DNA of 64,000 bases. Origin: Myxococcota bacterium. GTDB lineage: Bacteria; Myxococcota; JACRCW01. Location of the stretch: contig JBFMGU010000012.1 in NCBI GenBank assembly GCA_040752415.1, forward strand, positions 1-64,000, in the 5' to 3' direction. Both the position numbers and the translations under genes were made by a program. The notes under the pieces are model-generated. The model did no database searches and was not told the DNA's origin. It was given only the letters and a program-made list of their open reading frames with translations. Positions 9,996-19,644 of the stretch are shown here, piece by piece; position 1 is the first letter of the stretch; each line of letters opens with the position of its first letter.

Positions 9996-10334
9996 ATGAC
10001 CACTCCTCCGTCACCAAACCCCGGCGCCCTGGCGCATGAGCCCACCGAGCCGGGCGCGGCCACCACCGTCTCTCCGCAGCGGCTGGAGATGCTGATGGAC
10101 GTGCCGCTGGAGGTCTCCGTCGAGCTGGGGCGTTCGCGGCTGGCCATTCGTGAGCTGCTCTCGTTGGGGCCGGGCTCGGTGGTGGAGCTGGACAAGGATC
10201 CCAGCGAGCCGCTGGACATCCTGGTGAACGGCCGGCTGGTGGCGCGCGGTGAAGCTGTCGTCGTCAATGACCAGTTCGGGGTGCGCATCACGGACATTGT
10301 CAGCCCCGCGGAGCGGCTGGCGCGCCTGCGCTGA
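9996..10334 (+). CDS. fliN: Motor switch protein FliN
   Basis: LMDVPLEVSVELGR...GSVVELDK...EPLDILVNG..VARGEAVVVN..FGVRITDI. Confidence 0.95.
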   Translation: MTTPPSPNPGALAHEPTEPGAATTVSPQRLEMLMDVPLEVSVELGRSRLAIRELLSLGPGSVVELDKDPSEPLDILVNGRLVARGEAVVVNDQFGVRITDIVSPAERLARLR

Positions 10335-10344
10335 AGGAGGAACC

Positions 10345-11277
10345 ATGACGTCCACGTTTCCCTGGCTGGTTGCCGCGCTGCTGGTCTCCGACACCGGCGC
10401 CGACGTCCCGTCCATCACCGTGCAGGACGCGCGTGCCGAGCTGAAGGACGGACGCCTCTCGTTGTGGATCCGCACCAGTGGACCCCTGGAGCTGTCCGAC
10501 GCGCGGGCCCGTGTCGACGGACACATGCTGAAGGTGACGCTGGACGGAGCGCGCGTTCGTCGCAACCGCGCCTTTTCCGACGAGGGCTGGTCGGTGTGGG
10601 CCCAGCAGCGCAACAACCAGGTGGACCTGCAGGTGCCGCTGGTGGGCGGCGTGACCTGCGCGCGTGCGGTGCATCTCCGTCGGACGAGCATCGGCCTAGA
10701 GGCGCGCGCCAGCTGTTCCACCGCGGAAGCACCCGTCGAGGAACGCGCCGCGCCGTCCGCCCCCGCACCCACGGTGACGACGACAGCCACCCGCGCACCG
10801 CCCGCGCCGGTCGAGCTGGCACCGCCCGCGCCTCCCGCACCACAGCACCCAGCACCCGCGATGAAGCCGATGACACCGCTGTCCGAGCGCAGCGCGCTGG
10901 CACCGGGACCGGGCCTGGGCATGGCGGCGTTGCTGGGCCTGGGCGCCGTGGGATTCCTGCTCGCGCGACGTCGTCGTCAGGAAGGGCAGATGGTGGAGGT
11001 GCTGCAGACGCACGCCCTGGGGCCGCGTCGGTCCATCATGGTGGCGCGCGTGGCGGGACAGACGCTGGTGCTCTCCAACAGTGAAGCCGGCATCCAGCTG
11101 CTCACCAGCGTGGACGCCAAGGACGTTCCTCCGACGACAAAGAAGGAGTCTTCGCCGCTGGAGTCGTTGCTGGCTGGCCGGGACGTCCCCAGCTTTGATG
11201 ACCTCCTCGCGGAGTCCGACGAGGACCAGGCGCTCCGACGCAAGCTGGCCGCGGGCCGCACCGCGACGACGGGATGA
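10345..11277 (+). CDS. fliO: FliO with extended N-terminal periplasmic domain
   Basis: RBS AAGGAGG; TM followed by VL....LGPRRSIMVARVAGQTLVLS....I.LL; lies between fliN and fliP. Confidence 0.75.
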   Translation: MTSTFPWLVAALLVSDTGADVPSITVQDARAELKDGRLSLWIRTSGPLELSDARARVDGHMLKVTLDGARVRRNRAFSDEGWSVWAQQRNNQVDLQVPLVGGVTCARAVHLRRTSIGLEARASCSTAEAPVEERAAPSAPAPTVTTTATRAPPAPVELAPPAPPAPQHPAPAMKPMTPLSERSALAPGPGLGMAALLGLGAVGFLLARRRRQEGQMVEVLQTHALGPRRSIMVARVAGQTLVLSNSEAGIQLLTSVDAKDVPPTTKKESSPLESLLAGRDVPSFDDLLAESDEDQALRRKLAAGRTATTG

Positions 11278-11280
11278 GCC

Positions 11281-11958
11281 ATGGGTGCCGCGCAGGGACA
11301 GATCGAGCCGATGCTGGGACTGCTCGCGCAGGGAACCAGCACCACGGTGAAGCTGTTCCTCCTGCTGACGGTGCTCTCGTTCGCGTCGGCGGCGCTCATC
11401 TGCCTCACGTCGTTCACGCGCATCATCATCGTCCTCTCCTTCCTGCGACAGGCGCTGGGAACCCCGCAGCTCCCGCCGAACCAGGTGCTGATCGGCCTCT
11501 CGTTGTTCCTCACCATGTTCGTCATGGGGCCCACACTCACCGAGCTCAATGACCGCGCGCTGTCGCCATTCCTCGACGACAAGATCACGCACACCCAGGC
11601 CGCGAACGAGGCGGGAGAGGTGATTCGCGCCTTCCTGCTCTCACACACGCGGGAGGAGGACCTGCGCGTCTTCTACGAGGTCTCCAACACTCCGCGCCCC
11701 AGCCGTCACGACGAGATTCCACTCAAGATCGCCGCGCCGGCGTTCATGATCTCGGAGCTGACCACCGCGTTCCAGATGGGCCTGTACATCTTCATCCCGC
11801 TGCTGCTGGTGGACCTGCTCGTCTCGTCGGTGTTGATGGCGCTGGGCATGATGATGGTGCCCCCCATGGTGGTCTCGTTGCCGCTGAAGATCGCGGTGTT
11901 CCTGATGGCGGACGGTTGGCGCCTCATCATCACGGCGCTGGCGCAGAGCTTCGGCTGA
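11281..11958 (+). CDS. fliP: Export gate protein FliP
   Basis: TSFTRIIIVLSFLRQALG, PPNQVLIG, PAFMISEL, GMMMVPP..SLP.K. Confidence 0.95.
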   Translation: MGAAQGQIEPMLGLLAQGTSTTVKLFLLLTVLSFASAALICLTSFTRIIIVLSFLRQALGTPQLPPNQVLIGLSLFLTMFVMGPTLTELNDRALSPFLDDKITHTQAANEAGEVIRAFLLSHTREEDLRVFYEVSNTPRPSRHDEIPLKIAAPAFMISELTTAFQMGLYIFIPLLLVDLLVSSVLMALGMMMVPPMVVSLPLKIAVFLMADGWRLIITALAQSFG

Positions 11959-11971
11959 GAGGAGGCGCTCC

Positions 11972-12226
11972 ATGGGCAACCTGGTGCGGGAAGGTCTGGA
12001 CATGATGCTGAGCACGGGCGCGCCGATCATGAGCGTGCTGCTCGTCGTGGGGTTTGCGGTGGGCATCTTCCAGGCAGTCACGCAGATCAATGACCCCGCG
12101 GTGGGATTCGTGCCGCGACTGATTGCCGGTGGCGGCGTGGTCCTGTTGCTGGGACCGTGGATGCTCGAGCGGATGGCGGCGTTCCTCCTGGGGTGCATCC
12201 AGATGCTGCCCAACGCAGCGCGGTGA
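11972..12226 (+). CDS. fliQ: Export gate protein FliQ
   Basis: VGIFQAVTQIND...FVPRL, GPWML. Confidence 0.9.
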   Translation: MGNLVREGLDMMLSTGAPIMSVLLVVGFAVGIFQAVTQINDPAVGFVPRLIAGGGVVLLLGPWMLERMAAFLLGCIQMLPNAAR

Positions 12227-12229
12227 GGC

Positions 12230-12964
12230 ATGGAGCCGCTTCCGTCGTCACTGGTGTGGCTGCTGTTGTGCGTCATGCGCGCGCTGGGCCTGGTGCTCAC
12301 CGCGCCCATCCTCTCGGCGCGCACGGTTCCGGGCACGGTGCGACTGTGCGTCGGGTTGATGCTGGCGCTGGCCATGTTCACGTCGGCAACACCGGGGGCG
12401 CTGGACCCGGCGACTCCCTTGTGGGTTGCCGCGGCGCGGGACACGGCGCTGGGAGCGCTCACCGGTTTCTGCGCGCGCATGGCGCTGGAAGCGGCGCAGG
12501 TGGCCGGTCAACTCGTCGCGGCGGCCATGGGGATGAGCTACGGCGCCATGGTGAGCCCGGGCTCCGGCGCGGAGTCCACCGCGATTGGGGAGTTGTTGGG
12601 AATGGCTGCGCTCGGCGTGGGCGTGGCGCTGGGGTTGCACCGTGAGCTGGCAACCTGGCTGGTGTTGTCCGTGCAATCCCATCCGCCGGGCGGCGCGCTC
12701 GACGTCAGACAGGAGGCGGCTCACGCGTTGGAGCTGTCCGCGCACTCCCTGGCCATGGGCATCCGACTGGCGTTCCCCATGCTGACGGCGCTGACGCTGG
12801 CGCACATCTTCCTAGGTCTCGTCGGACGCACTGCCGCGCAGCTCAACCTCTCCAGCCTGGGCTTCTCGGTGACCATCCTCTGCGGCGGTGGCGTCCTGTA
12901 CGTCACCGCGCCGGAGATTGCCGCCGCGGCGGCGCACGCGGCCGTGGCGGTGGTGGCGCGTTGA
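12230..12964 (+). CDS. fliR: Export gate protein FliR
   Basis: Multiple TM helices; AGQLV...MG; GR...QLN....GF; lies between fliQ and flhB. Confidence 0.85.
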   Translation: MEPLPSSLVWLLLCVMRALGLVLTAPILSARTVPGTVRLCVGLMLALAMFTSATPGALDPATPLWVAAARDTALGALTGFCARMALEAAQVAGQLVAAAMGMSYGAMVSPGSGAESTAIGELLGMAALGVGVALGLHRELATWLVLSVQSHPPGGALDVRQEAAHALELSAHSLAMGIRLAFPMLTALTLAHIFLGLVGRTAAQLNLSSLGFSVTILCGGGVLYVTAPEIAAAAAHAAVAVVAR

Positions 12965-12969
12965 GACGT

Positions 12970-12985
12970 TGGCAATGCTCTTGCT
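12970..12985 (+). promoter_or_regulatory. Sigma54 promoter of flhB-flhA
   Basis: TGGCAATGCTCTTGCT. Confidence 0.65.
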
Positions 12986-12997
12986 CCGCGCACGGGC

Positions 12998-14041
12998 ATG
13001 TCCGAGTCCGAGGACAAAACAGAAGAACCCACCGCACGCGCCATCCAGCGCGCCTACGACGAAGGACAGCTCGCGCTCTCCCGTGACGTGGTGGCGGCGG
13101 CAGGCGCGGCGGGTGCGGCCGGTGTGTTGCTCATGGTGGGCCCGACGCTCACCGGTGAGCTGCGCAACACGTTCTCCGAGGCCATGCATGCGCTGCCGCG
13201 GCGCGCCGCGTTTCCCGTCGAGGCGTTGGCGCGCCCGGTGATGCTGGGGGTCCTCGTCGTGGGGGCCATTGCCTTGACGGCGGTGGCGGCCACCGTGGCG
13301 CAGACACGCGGCGGTTTGTGGTTGGACCTGGCGGGGTTCAAGCCTGAGCGCATCTTCAGCATGCAACGCGTGACGCGTTTGGTGACGCGGGAGGCGTGGG
13401 TGGACCTGGGTGCGCACACCGCCAAGGCGTTGACGCTGGTGGCGGTGGTCTGGCTCGTGGCGCGACAGGAGCTTGCCACGCTGCTCGCGGCTTCCGGCGC
13501 CACCCTGGATGCGCAGCTCTCCGTCCTGGGCGACGTGGCGCGCAAGATGCTGCTGCCCACGGTGGCGGCGATGGCGGTGCTGGGGCTGCTGGACTGGCTG
13601 CTGGTCCGTCGTCGGTTCCTGCAGAAGCTGCGCATGACCAAGGAGGAGGTCAAGCGTGAGCTCAAGGAAGATGAGGGCGACCCGCTGCTGCGCTCTCGTC
13701 GACGACGTCGTCACCGCGAGCTGGCCGCCAACCGCGCGCGCCAGGAGGTCCCCAAGGCCGACGCGGTGGTGGTCAACCCCACCCACATTGCCGTGGCCAT
13801 CCGTTACGACCGGCAGAAGGACAAGGCCCCGCGCGTCACCGCCAAGGGCAAGGGCGCGTTGGCCGAACACATCCGCAACCTGGCGCGTGAGAACGGTGTG
13901 CCGATTGTGCAGGACATTCCATTGGCGCGGCTGCTGCACAAGCGCGTGAAGGTCGGGCAGCAGATCCCGGCGGATACCTACAAGGCCGTGGCCGCGGTGC
14001 TGGCGTTCGTCTACCGCGTCGGCGGCAGGAGGCGGACGTAA
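12998..14041 (+). CDS. flhB: Export switch protein FlhB
   Basis: DKTEEPT, MTKEEVKRE.KEDEGDP, NPTH autocleavage motif. Confidence 0.95.
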   Translation: MSESEDKTEEPTARAIQRAYDEGQLALSRDVVAAAGAAGAAGVLLMVGPTLTGELRNTFSEAMHALPRRAAFPVEALARPVMLGVLVVGAIALTAVAATVAQTRGGLWLDLAGFKPERIFSMQRVTRLVTREAWVDLGAHTAKALTLVAVVWLVARQELATLLAASGATLDAQLSVLGDVARKMLLPTVAAMAVLGLLDWLLVRRRFLQKLRMTKEEVKRELKEDEGDPLLRSRRRRRHRELAANRARQEVPKADAVVVNPTHIAVAIRYDRQKDKAPRVTAKGKGALAEHIRNLARENGVPIVQDIPLARLLHKRVKVGQQIPADTYKAVAAVLAFVYRVGGRRRT

Positions 14042-16117
14042 GTGACCGCACCCGTTCCCGCTGGCAGCAGCACGCGCGCCGAGCAGGTGGTGGCCGCGTG
14101 TGTGCTCGCGGTGCTGGCCATCCTGGTCCTGCCCGTCCCACCCGCGGCGCTCGACGTGCTGCTGGCGCTCAACATCGGCGTGGCGGTGGTGATCCTGCTG
14201 GTGGCGCTGCGCGTGCGGCAGCCGCTGGAGTTCTCCGCGTTTCCCACGCTGCTCCTCATCGTCACGTTGTTCCGGTTGGGCCTCAACGTCGCCACCACGC
14301 GACTCATCCTCAGCCACGGCAGCCAGGGCGTGGAGTCCGCGGGCGCCGTCATCGCCACGTTCGGAAAGTTCGCGGTGGGGGGGAGCCTGGTGGTGGGGTT
14401 GGTGGTGTTCCTCATCCTCATCGTCGTGAACTTCACGGTGATCACCAAGGGCTCCAACCGCATCTCCGAGGTGGCGGCGCGCTTCACGCTGGACGCCATG
14501 CCCGGCAAGCAGATGGCCATCGACGCGGACCTGGCCGCCGGCATCATCAACGAGCAGCAGGCGCGCGAGCGGCGCACGACGCTGGAGCAGGAGGCGGAGT
14601 TCTTTGGTGCCATGGATGGCGCCAGCAAGTTCGTGCGTGGCGACGCCGTGGCGGGCCTCATCATCACCGCCATCAACATCGTCGGTGGCCTCGCCGCGGG
14701 ATTGCTGCGCGACCATCTCTCCCTGGCGCAGGCCTCCGCCACCTACACCATCCTCACCATTGGCGACGGGCTGGTCTCCCAGATTCCCGCGCTGCTCATC
14801 TCCACCGCCGCCGGCATTGTCACCACGCGGAGTGGTGAGCGCACCGGGCTCGGCGTGCAGGTGGGACGACAGGTGCTGGGTGAGCCGCAGGTCATGCAGA
14901 GCACCGCCGCGGTGCTGCTGGGCATGGGGCTGTTGCCGGGGATGCCGCTGCTCGCCTTCGCGGGGCTCGCCGGTGCCGCGCTGCTTGCCGCACGTCGCAC
15001 GCCCGCCGACAAGGCCGCCGCGGTGCAGGCCGAGGCGCGCGCGGCGCGCGGCAAGGATGAACCGGAACGCATCCAGGACCTGCTCGCGCTGGACACGCTG
15101 GAGGTGCAGGTGGGCGCGGGCCTGCTCTCGCTCATCGACGTCGACCGGGGCGGTGAGCTGCCCGGCCGCATCACGTCGTTGCGCAAGCAGGTGGCGCAGG
15201 AGACCGGCGTGGTGCTGCCGTCGGTGCATCTCAAGGACAACCTGGCGCTGGATTCCACCACCTACCGCGTGCTCTTGCGTGGCCAGGAGCTGGGGCGTGG
15301 CGTGGTGCATGCCGACCGGCTCATGGCGCTCGACGGCGGTGCGGGCGCTCCGGACATCGACGGGATTGCGGCGGTGGAGCCCGCGTTTGGCCTGCCCGCG
15401 CGGTGGATCACGCGTCAACAGCGTGTCGCGGCGGAAGCCAAGGGGTTGACGGTGGTGGACCCCGCTTCCGTCCTCACCACGCACCTGGGTGAGCTGCTGC
15501 GTCACAACGCGCACGAGCTGGTGGGTCGGCAGGAGGTGCAGGAGCTGGTGGCGCAGTGCTCACGGGAGGCCCCCAAGCTCGTCGAGGCCACCGTGCCCTC
15601 CGTCGTCACGTTGGGCGAGCTGGTGGCGGTGGTGCGTGGCCTGTTGCGGGAAGGCATCAGTGTGCGTGACTTCCGCACCATCCTGGAGGCGGTGGCCGAC
15701 GCGGCAGTGAAGAGCAAGGACCCCGCGCACCTGGTGGAGCACACCCGTCGTCGCCTCGCGCGCCAGATCACCTCGCGACTCAAAAATGACAGTGGCCGGA
15801 TCAAGGTCCTGACGCTCTCCCGCAAGGTGGAGGAGTCATTGCGAGGGTCCCTGGTGGCCGCCGACGGAGAATTGACGCTGGCGCCGGACGTGGAGACCGC
15901 GCGCTCGCTCCTGGCCCAGCTTGAGCGTGCCTCGGCGCAGCTCGCCGCGCAGGGACTGCCCACCGTGGTGCTGGCGCCCGCCGACCTGCGCCGGCCGTTC
16001 TTCGAGTTCGCCGCGCGTTTCCACAGTGAGCTGTGGGTCATCTGCGCGCGTGAGCTGCTGCCCGGCACCGCGCTGGATCCCGCCGCCGTCCTCGAGCCGG
16101 AGCTCGCACTGCGCTGA
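14042..16117 (+). CDS. flhA: Export apparatus protein FlhA
   Basis: EVAARFTLDAMPGKQMAIDADL, FFGAMDGASKFVRGDA, TIGDGLVSQIPAL. Confidence 0.96.
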   Translation: MTAPVPAGSSTRAEQVVAACVLAVLAILVLPVPPAALDVLLALNIGVAVVILLVALRVRQPLEFSAFPTLLLIVTLFRLGLNVATTRLILSHGSQGVESAGAVIATFGKFAVGGSLVVGLVVFLILIVVNFTVITKGSNRISEVAARFTLDAMPGKQMAIDADLAAGIINEQQARERRTTLEQEAEFFGAMDGASKFVRGDAVAGLIITAINIVGGLAAGLLRDHLSLAQASATYTILTIGDGLVSQIPALLISTAAGIVTTRSGERTGLGVQVGRQVLGEPQVMQSTAAVLLGMGLLPGMPLLAFAGLAGAALLAARRTPADKAAAVQAEARAARGKDEPERIQDLLALDTLEVQVGAGLLSLIDVDRGGELPGRITSLRKQVAQETGVVLPSVHLKDNLALDSTTYRVLLRGQELGRGVVHADRLMALDGGAGAPDIDGIAAVEPAFGLPARWITRQQRVAAEAKGLTVVDPASVLTTHLGELLRHNAHELVGRQEVQELVAQCSREAPKLVEATVPSVVTLGELVAVVRGLLREGISVRDFRTILEAVADAAVKSKDPAHLVEHTRRRLARQITSRLKNDSGRIKVLTLSRKVEESLRGSLVAADGELTLAPDVETARSLLAQLERASAQLAAQGLPTVVLAPADLRRPFFEFAARFHSELWVICARELLPGTALDPAAVLEPELALR

Positions 16118-16118
16118 G

Positions 16119-16158
16119 GTCACGTTCCCGACGTGGAATGGCTGGCCTGCGTCTTGCT
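16119..16158 (+). promoter_or_regulatory. FleQ-like box (16119-16132) and sigma54 promoter (16143-16158) of flhF-flhG-fliA
   Basis: GTCACGTTCCCGAC; TGGCCTGCGTCTTGCT. Confidence 0.6.
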
Positions 16159-16190
16159 CCTGGGTGGTGCGGTGAGAACGCGGGAGATGC

Positions 16191-17249
16191 GTGATGCAGA
16201 CATCGGTCAGGACCTTCCGAGCCAGCGACGCGCGCAGTGCGCTGCAGGCGGTCAAGGCCGCCCTCGGCGCGCAGGCGGTGATCCTCTCGACGAGAGAGGT
16301 GAAGTCGGGCCTGTTCCAGCCGCCGGAGGTGGAGATCACCGCCGCGCTCCACGTCGACACACCGCAGATCGCGCCGCCGCCCGCCACGGTGACGCGCGCG
16401 TACCGCCAGGCCGCGAGCAGCGCGCCCACCAGCTGGCCCGGTGAGGGCAATTCCCGTGGTGGCGACGTGTGGCCGGAGGCCGGCTGGCCCGCGCACGCGC
16501 GCACGTTGTGGCGCACCCTCACCGAGCAGGGCGTCCCCGACGACGTGGCCCACGCCGCGGTCCTGGCCGGTCGCGACCGCGATCCCTGGCCGGGACCCCA
16601 TGTGCTGCAGGAAGGCGCGCGGCAGTTCCTCCATTCCCGCCTCCACTGCGCGCCCGCGCCGTGGCTCGACGCCAACCGCCGCATCATGGCGCTGGTGGGA
16701 CCCACCGGGGTGGGCAAGACCACCACCGTGGCCAAGATGGCGGCGCGCGCCATGTTGGATGGGCGGCTCAAGGTTGGCCTGATCAGTGTCGATACGTGGC
16801 GGGTGGGCGCCTGGCAGCAGCTGGCGAAGTACGGGGAGATCCTCGGCGTCCCCACGTTGGTGGCGCGGACGCGTGAGGAGCTGTGCAGCGCCGCGGCGCG
16901 GTTGCGCGGTTGCCAGCTGGTGCTCGTGGACACCGCGGGCCGCTCCGAGGAGGACGCCATCCTGCGCCAGGCCGAGCTGCTGCGCTCCGTCGACGCCATG
17001 GAGATGTACCTCACCGTCAGCGCCACCAACGGGACACGGGATGTGGCGGCGTGCGCCCGTCGCTACCGCGCGCTGGATCCCCACGGGATCGTCGTCACCA
17101 AGCTGGATGAAGCGGTGGCGCCGGGCTGCGTGCTGGCCACCGACCTCTCACCCGCACAGCCGCTGGTGGCGCTCACCGACGGACAATCCATCCCCGAGGA
17201 CCTGCACGCCGCCACCGCCGAGAAGTTCCTCCCCCGCATCATCGGCTGA
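16191..17249 (+). CDS. flhF: SRP-type GTPase FlhF
   Basis: GPTGVGKTTT, DTAGR, TKLDE, GQSIPED. Confidence 0.92.
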   Translation: MMQTSVRTFRASDARSALQAVKAALGAQAVILSTREVKSGLFQPPEVEITAALHVDTPQIAPPPATVTRAYRQAASSAPTSWPGEGNSRGGDVWPEAGWPAHARTLWRTLTEQGVPDDVAHAAVLAGRDRDPWPGPHVLQEGARQFLHSRLHCAPAPWLDANRRIMALVGPTGVGKTTTVAKMAARAMLDGRLKVGLISVDTWRVGAWQQLAKYGEILGVPTLVARTREELCSAAARLRGCQLVLVDTAGRSEEDAILRQAELLRSVDAMEMYLTVSATNGTRDVAACARRYRALDPHGIVVTKLDEAVAPGCVLATDLSPAQPLVALTDGQSIPEDLHAATAEKFLPRIIG

Positions 17250-17278
17250 CCTGCGCAGCCGCATCCCAGGAGCACCCC

Positions 17279-18136
17279 ATGCTCGAGACTGAATCCACGC
17301 CCACGCCGCGCCCCAACCGACTCCGCGTCATTGCCACCACCAGCGGGAAGGGTGGCGTGGGCAAGACCACCATGTCCTGCAACCTGGCCGCGTTGTGCGC
17401 CATCAACGGGCAGCGCGTGCTGCTGCTGGACGCGGACCTGGGTCTGGCCAACGTGGAGATCATCTTTGACGTCCACCCGCGCTACCACATGGGTGACCTC
17501 CTGGACCGCCAGATCCCCATGGACCAGGTGCTGTGCGACGGACCGCGCGGCATCAAGATCCTCTCCGCCGGCACCGGCGTGCAGCGGCTCACGCGCCTGG
17601 ATGAAGCCCAGAAGCTGCGGCTCATCAGCGCGCTGGACCCGCTGGAGGACCTGTTTGACGTCGTCATTGTCGACACCGGCAGCGGCATTGGTGACAACGT
17701 GCTGTTCTTTGCCGGCGCCAGCCAGGAGGTGCTGCTGGTGGTGTCGCCGGAGCCCACCTCGCTCACGGATGCGTACGCCACGGTGAAGGTGCTCTCCCAG
17801 CAGGCGGGTGTGCGGCAGTTCAACGTGGTCATCAATCCCGCCCCCAATGACGCCGTGGCGCGGGGCATCTTCGAGAAGCTGGTGAACGTCACCAACCGCT
17901 TCCTCAACGCGCGCGTGAGCTACGTGGGCTACGTCCCGCGCGACGAGAACATCCACCGCGCCGTGATGAGCCAGCGCCCGGTGGTGGACATCTTCCCGCA
18001 GTCGCCGGCCTCGCGCGCGCTGGCGCACGTCCACGCGCGTCTCTTCGAGAACACCACGTCCACGATCCTCGACGGCGGCCTGAAGTTCCTGTGGCAGCGC
18101 GTGATGCGTGAGTCGCAGGCGGCGGCACAGGGGTGA
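17279..18136 (+). CDS. flhG: MinD-like ATPase FlhG/FleN
   Basis: SGKGGVGKT, DADLGLAN, PEPTSLTDAYA. Confidence 0.92.
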   Translation: MLETESTPTPRPNRLRVIATTSGKGGVGKTTMSCNLAALCAINGQRVLLLDADLGLANVEIIFDVHPRYHMGDLLDRQIPMDQVLCDGPRGIKILSAGTGVQRLTRLDEAQKLRLISALDPLEDLFDVVIVDTGSGIGDNVLFFAGASQEVLLVVSPEPTSLTDAYATVKVLSQQAGVRQFNVVINPAPNDAVARGIFEKLVNVTNRFLNARVSYVGYVPRDENIHRAVMSQRPVVDIFPQSPASRALAHVHARLFENTTSTILDGGLKFLWQRVMRESQAAAQG

Positions 18137-18139
18137 GCC

Positions 18140-18829
18140 ATGCACCGCGCCGTGCAGAGCTATTCCGCACCACCACAGCCGGACGCCAAGGAGCTGATCC
18201 GTCGTCACTCCGCGGTGATTGACGGTTGCGCGCGACGGTTGGCGCTGCGCCTGGGGGCCATGGACCGGTTTGATGACCTCTGGGCAGCGGGCGCGGCGGC
18301 CCTGGTGGCGGCGGCGTCACGCTTTGATCCCTCCCGCGGCGCGCGCTTCGAGACGTTCGCGGAACACCGCGTGCGGGGCGCCATGCTCGACGAGGTGCGC
18401 CGCCAGGACCACCTGCCACGAAGGCTGCGCGCCAGCGGCGCATCCATCCAGGCGGCGCGTCGTCGTCTGGGACAGCAGCTCTCGCGCGAGCCCACGCGGG
18501 AGGAGGTGGGCGAGGAACTGGGCGTCGACCCGGAGGATGTGGGCGACGTGGAGATGCTGCAGCAGCCACACGTACCGCTGGAGCTGGCCGAGGATCCCGC
18601 CGCCAACATCACTTCCGCCGACGAGCTGGTAAGCAACGCGCAGTTGCGCGGGCGGATGCGGGAGGCGGTGGCGCTGCTCCCGGAACGGCTGCAACTCGTC
18701 ATCTCGCTCCACTACGTGGAGTCCCTGACCTACCGCGAGATTGCGGAGATCCTGAAGGTCAGCGAGCCGCGTGTCTGTCAGCTGCACGCGCAGGCCATCC
18801 AGGAGATCCGTAAGCGCCTGGAAGGATGA
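18140..18829 (+). CDS. fliA: Flagellar sigma factor FliA (sigma28)
   Basis: FDPSRG..FETFA..RVRGAMLDEVR, LT..EI..IL.VSE.RVCQLH. Confidence 0.92.
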   Translation: MHRAVQSYSAPPQPDAKELIRRHSAVIDGCARRLALRLGAMDRFDDLWAAGAAALVAAASRFDPSRGARFETFAEHRVRGAMLDEVRRQDHLPRRLRASGASIQAARRRLGQQLSREPTREEVGEELGVDPEDVGDVEMLQQPHVPLELAEDPAANITSADELVSNAQLRGRMREAVALLPERLQLVISLHYVESLTYREIAEILKVSEPRVCQLHAQAIQEIRKRLEG

Positions 18830-18863
18830 GCGCGCGGGAAGCTCCCACACCGGGCACCTGTAA

Positions 18864-19156
18864 GCAGGTGGCCAGGGGTCTATCACTCGTCGAGAAGCTC
18901 CGTTGAAGCCGGGAGAACCGAATCCAAAGCGGTATTTCAGACCGCACTCCCAGAGTGCCGGGCGCGCGCGTGTCGTTGGTCACCTTGGCCGGCACGCAGC
19001 ATTTCCCCACGTGCATCCGCGGTGCGGGCATCCGACGGAAAAGCGGTCCGAGCGGCGCCCGCACCTTTGGGAGTGCGGTCTGAAATACCGCTTTGGATTC
19101 GGTTCTCCCGGCTTCAGCGGAGCTTCTCCGCGAGTGAAGCACGTCTGGCCACCTGC
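18864..19156. repeat. Long inverted repeat (89-bp arms 18864-18952 / 19068-19156) between convergent fliA and fliJ
   Basis: Inner ~60 bp of the arms are reverse complements with one mismatch; core CCAAAGCGGTATTTCAGACCGCACTCCCA. Confidence 0.9.
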
Positions 19157-19227
19157 TCAAGCGTCTGAACCAAGCCGAGCGGCGCTCCAAGCGCGTGTGG
19201 TGCCGACGGTACTCGCTGAGCAAGGGA

Positions 19228-19644
19228 TCAGCCGCGACGCGCGCGCAGCATCAGGGCTGCTTCATCCATCTGCCGCTGCTCCCGACGCGCGAGCTCCCGC
19301 TGTTCCCGCTCCTCTTCCAGCGAGTAGACGTGCTCCACCGCGCGCAGGCGCGTGACGGCGTGGAGATGACCGTGCTGCGCGGCACGGAGCTTCTCCTCGG
19401 CCTCATTGAGCCTGGCGTTGGCTGCCTGGATGCGATGACGCAGGTGCAGCGACGCCACGTCGGCGAGCTGGGCCAGAGACGCATCCTCCAGCGCGGGACG
19501 GTGCGCGGCCTGCGCGGTGAGCTCATGGACGGACGCGTGGTGCTCACGCACGGCGTCCAAGGCGCGCGCCACCATCCGACGCGCGCGCTCCTCCTCCACG
19601 TTGCGCAACCACACCACCTTTGCCAATGCACTCTCGGTCGCCAT
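19228..19644 (-). CDS. fliJ: Probable FliJ export escort protein
   Basis: 138-aa coiled coil; L.KV..LR..EE..A at the N-terminus and REQRQMDEAA at the C-terminus; GAGGAC before ATG. Confidence 0.7.
   Translation of the reverse strand: MATESALAKVVWLRNVEEERARRMVARALDAVREHHASVHELTAQAAHRPALEDASLAQLADVASLHLRHRIQAANARLNEAEEKLRAAQHGHLHAVTRLRAVEHVYSLEEEREQRELARREQRQMDEAALMLRARRG

Noticed and set aside
493..16117. Non-flagellar type III injectisome
   Set aside because: Hook, rod, L/P-ring, stator, flagellin and fliA/flgM genes show the export apparatus is flagellar
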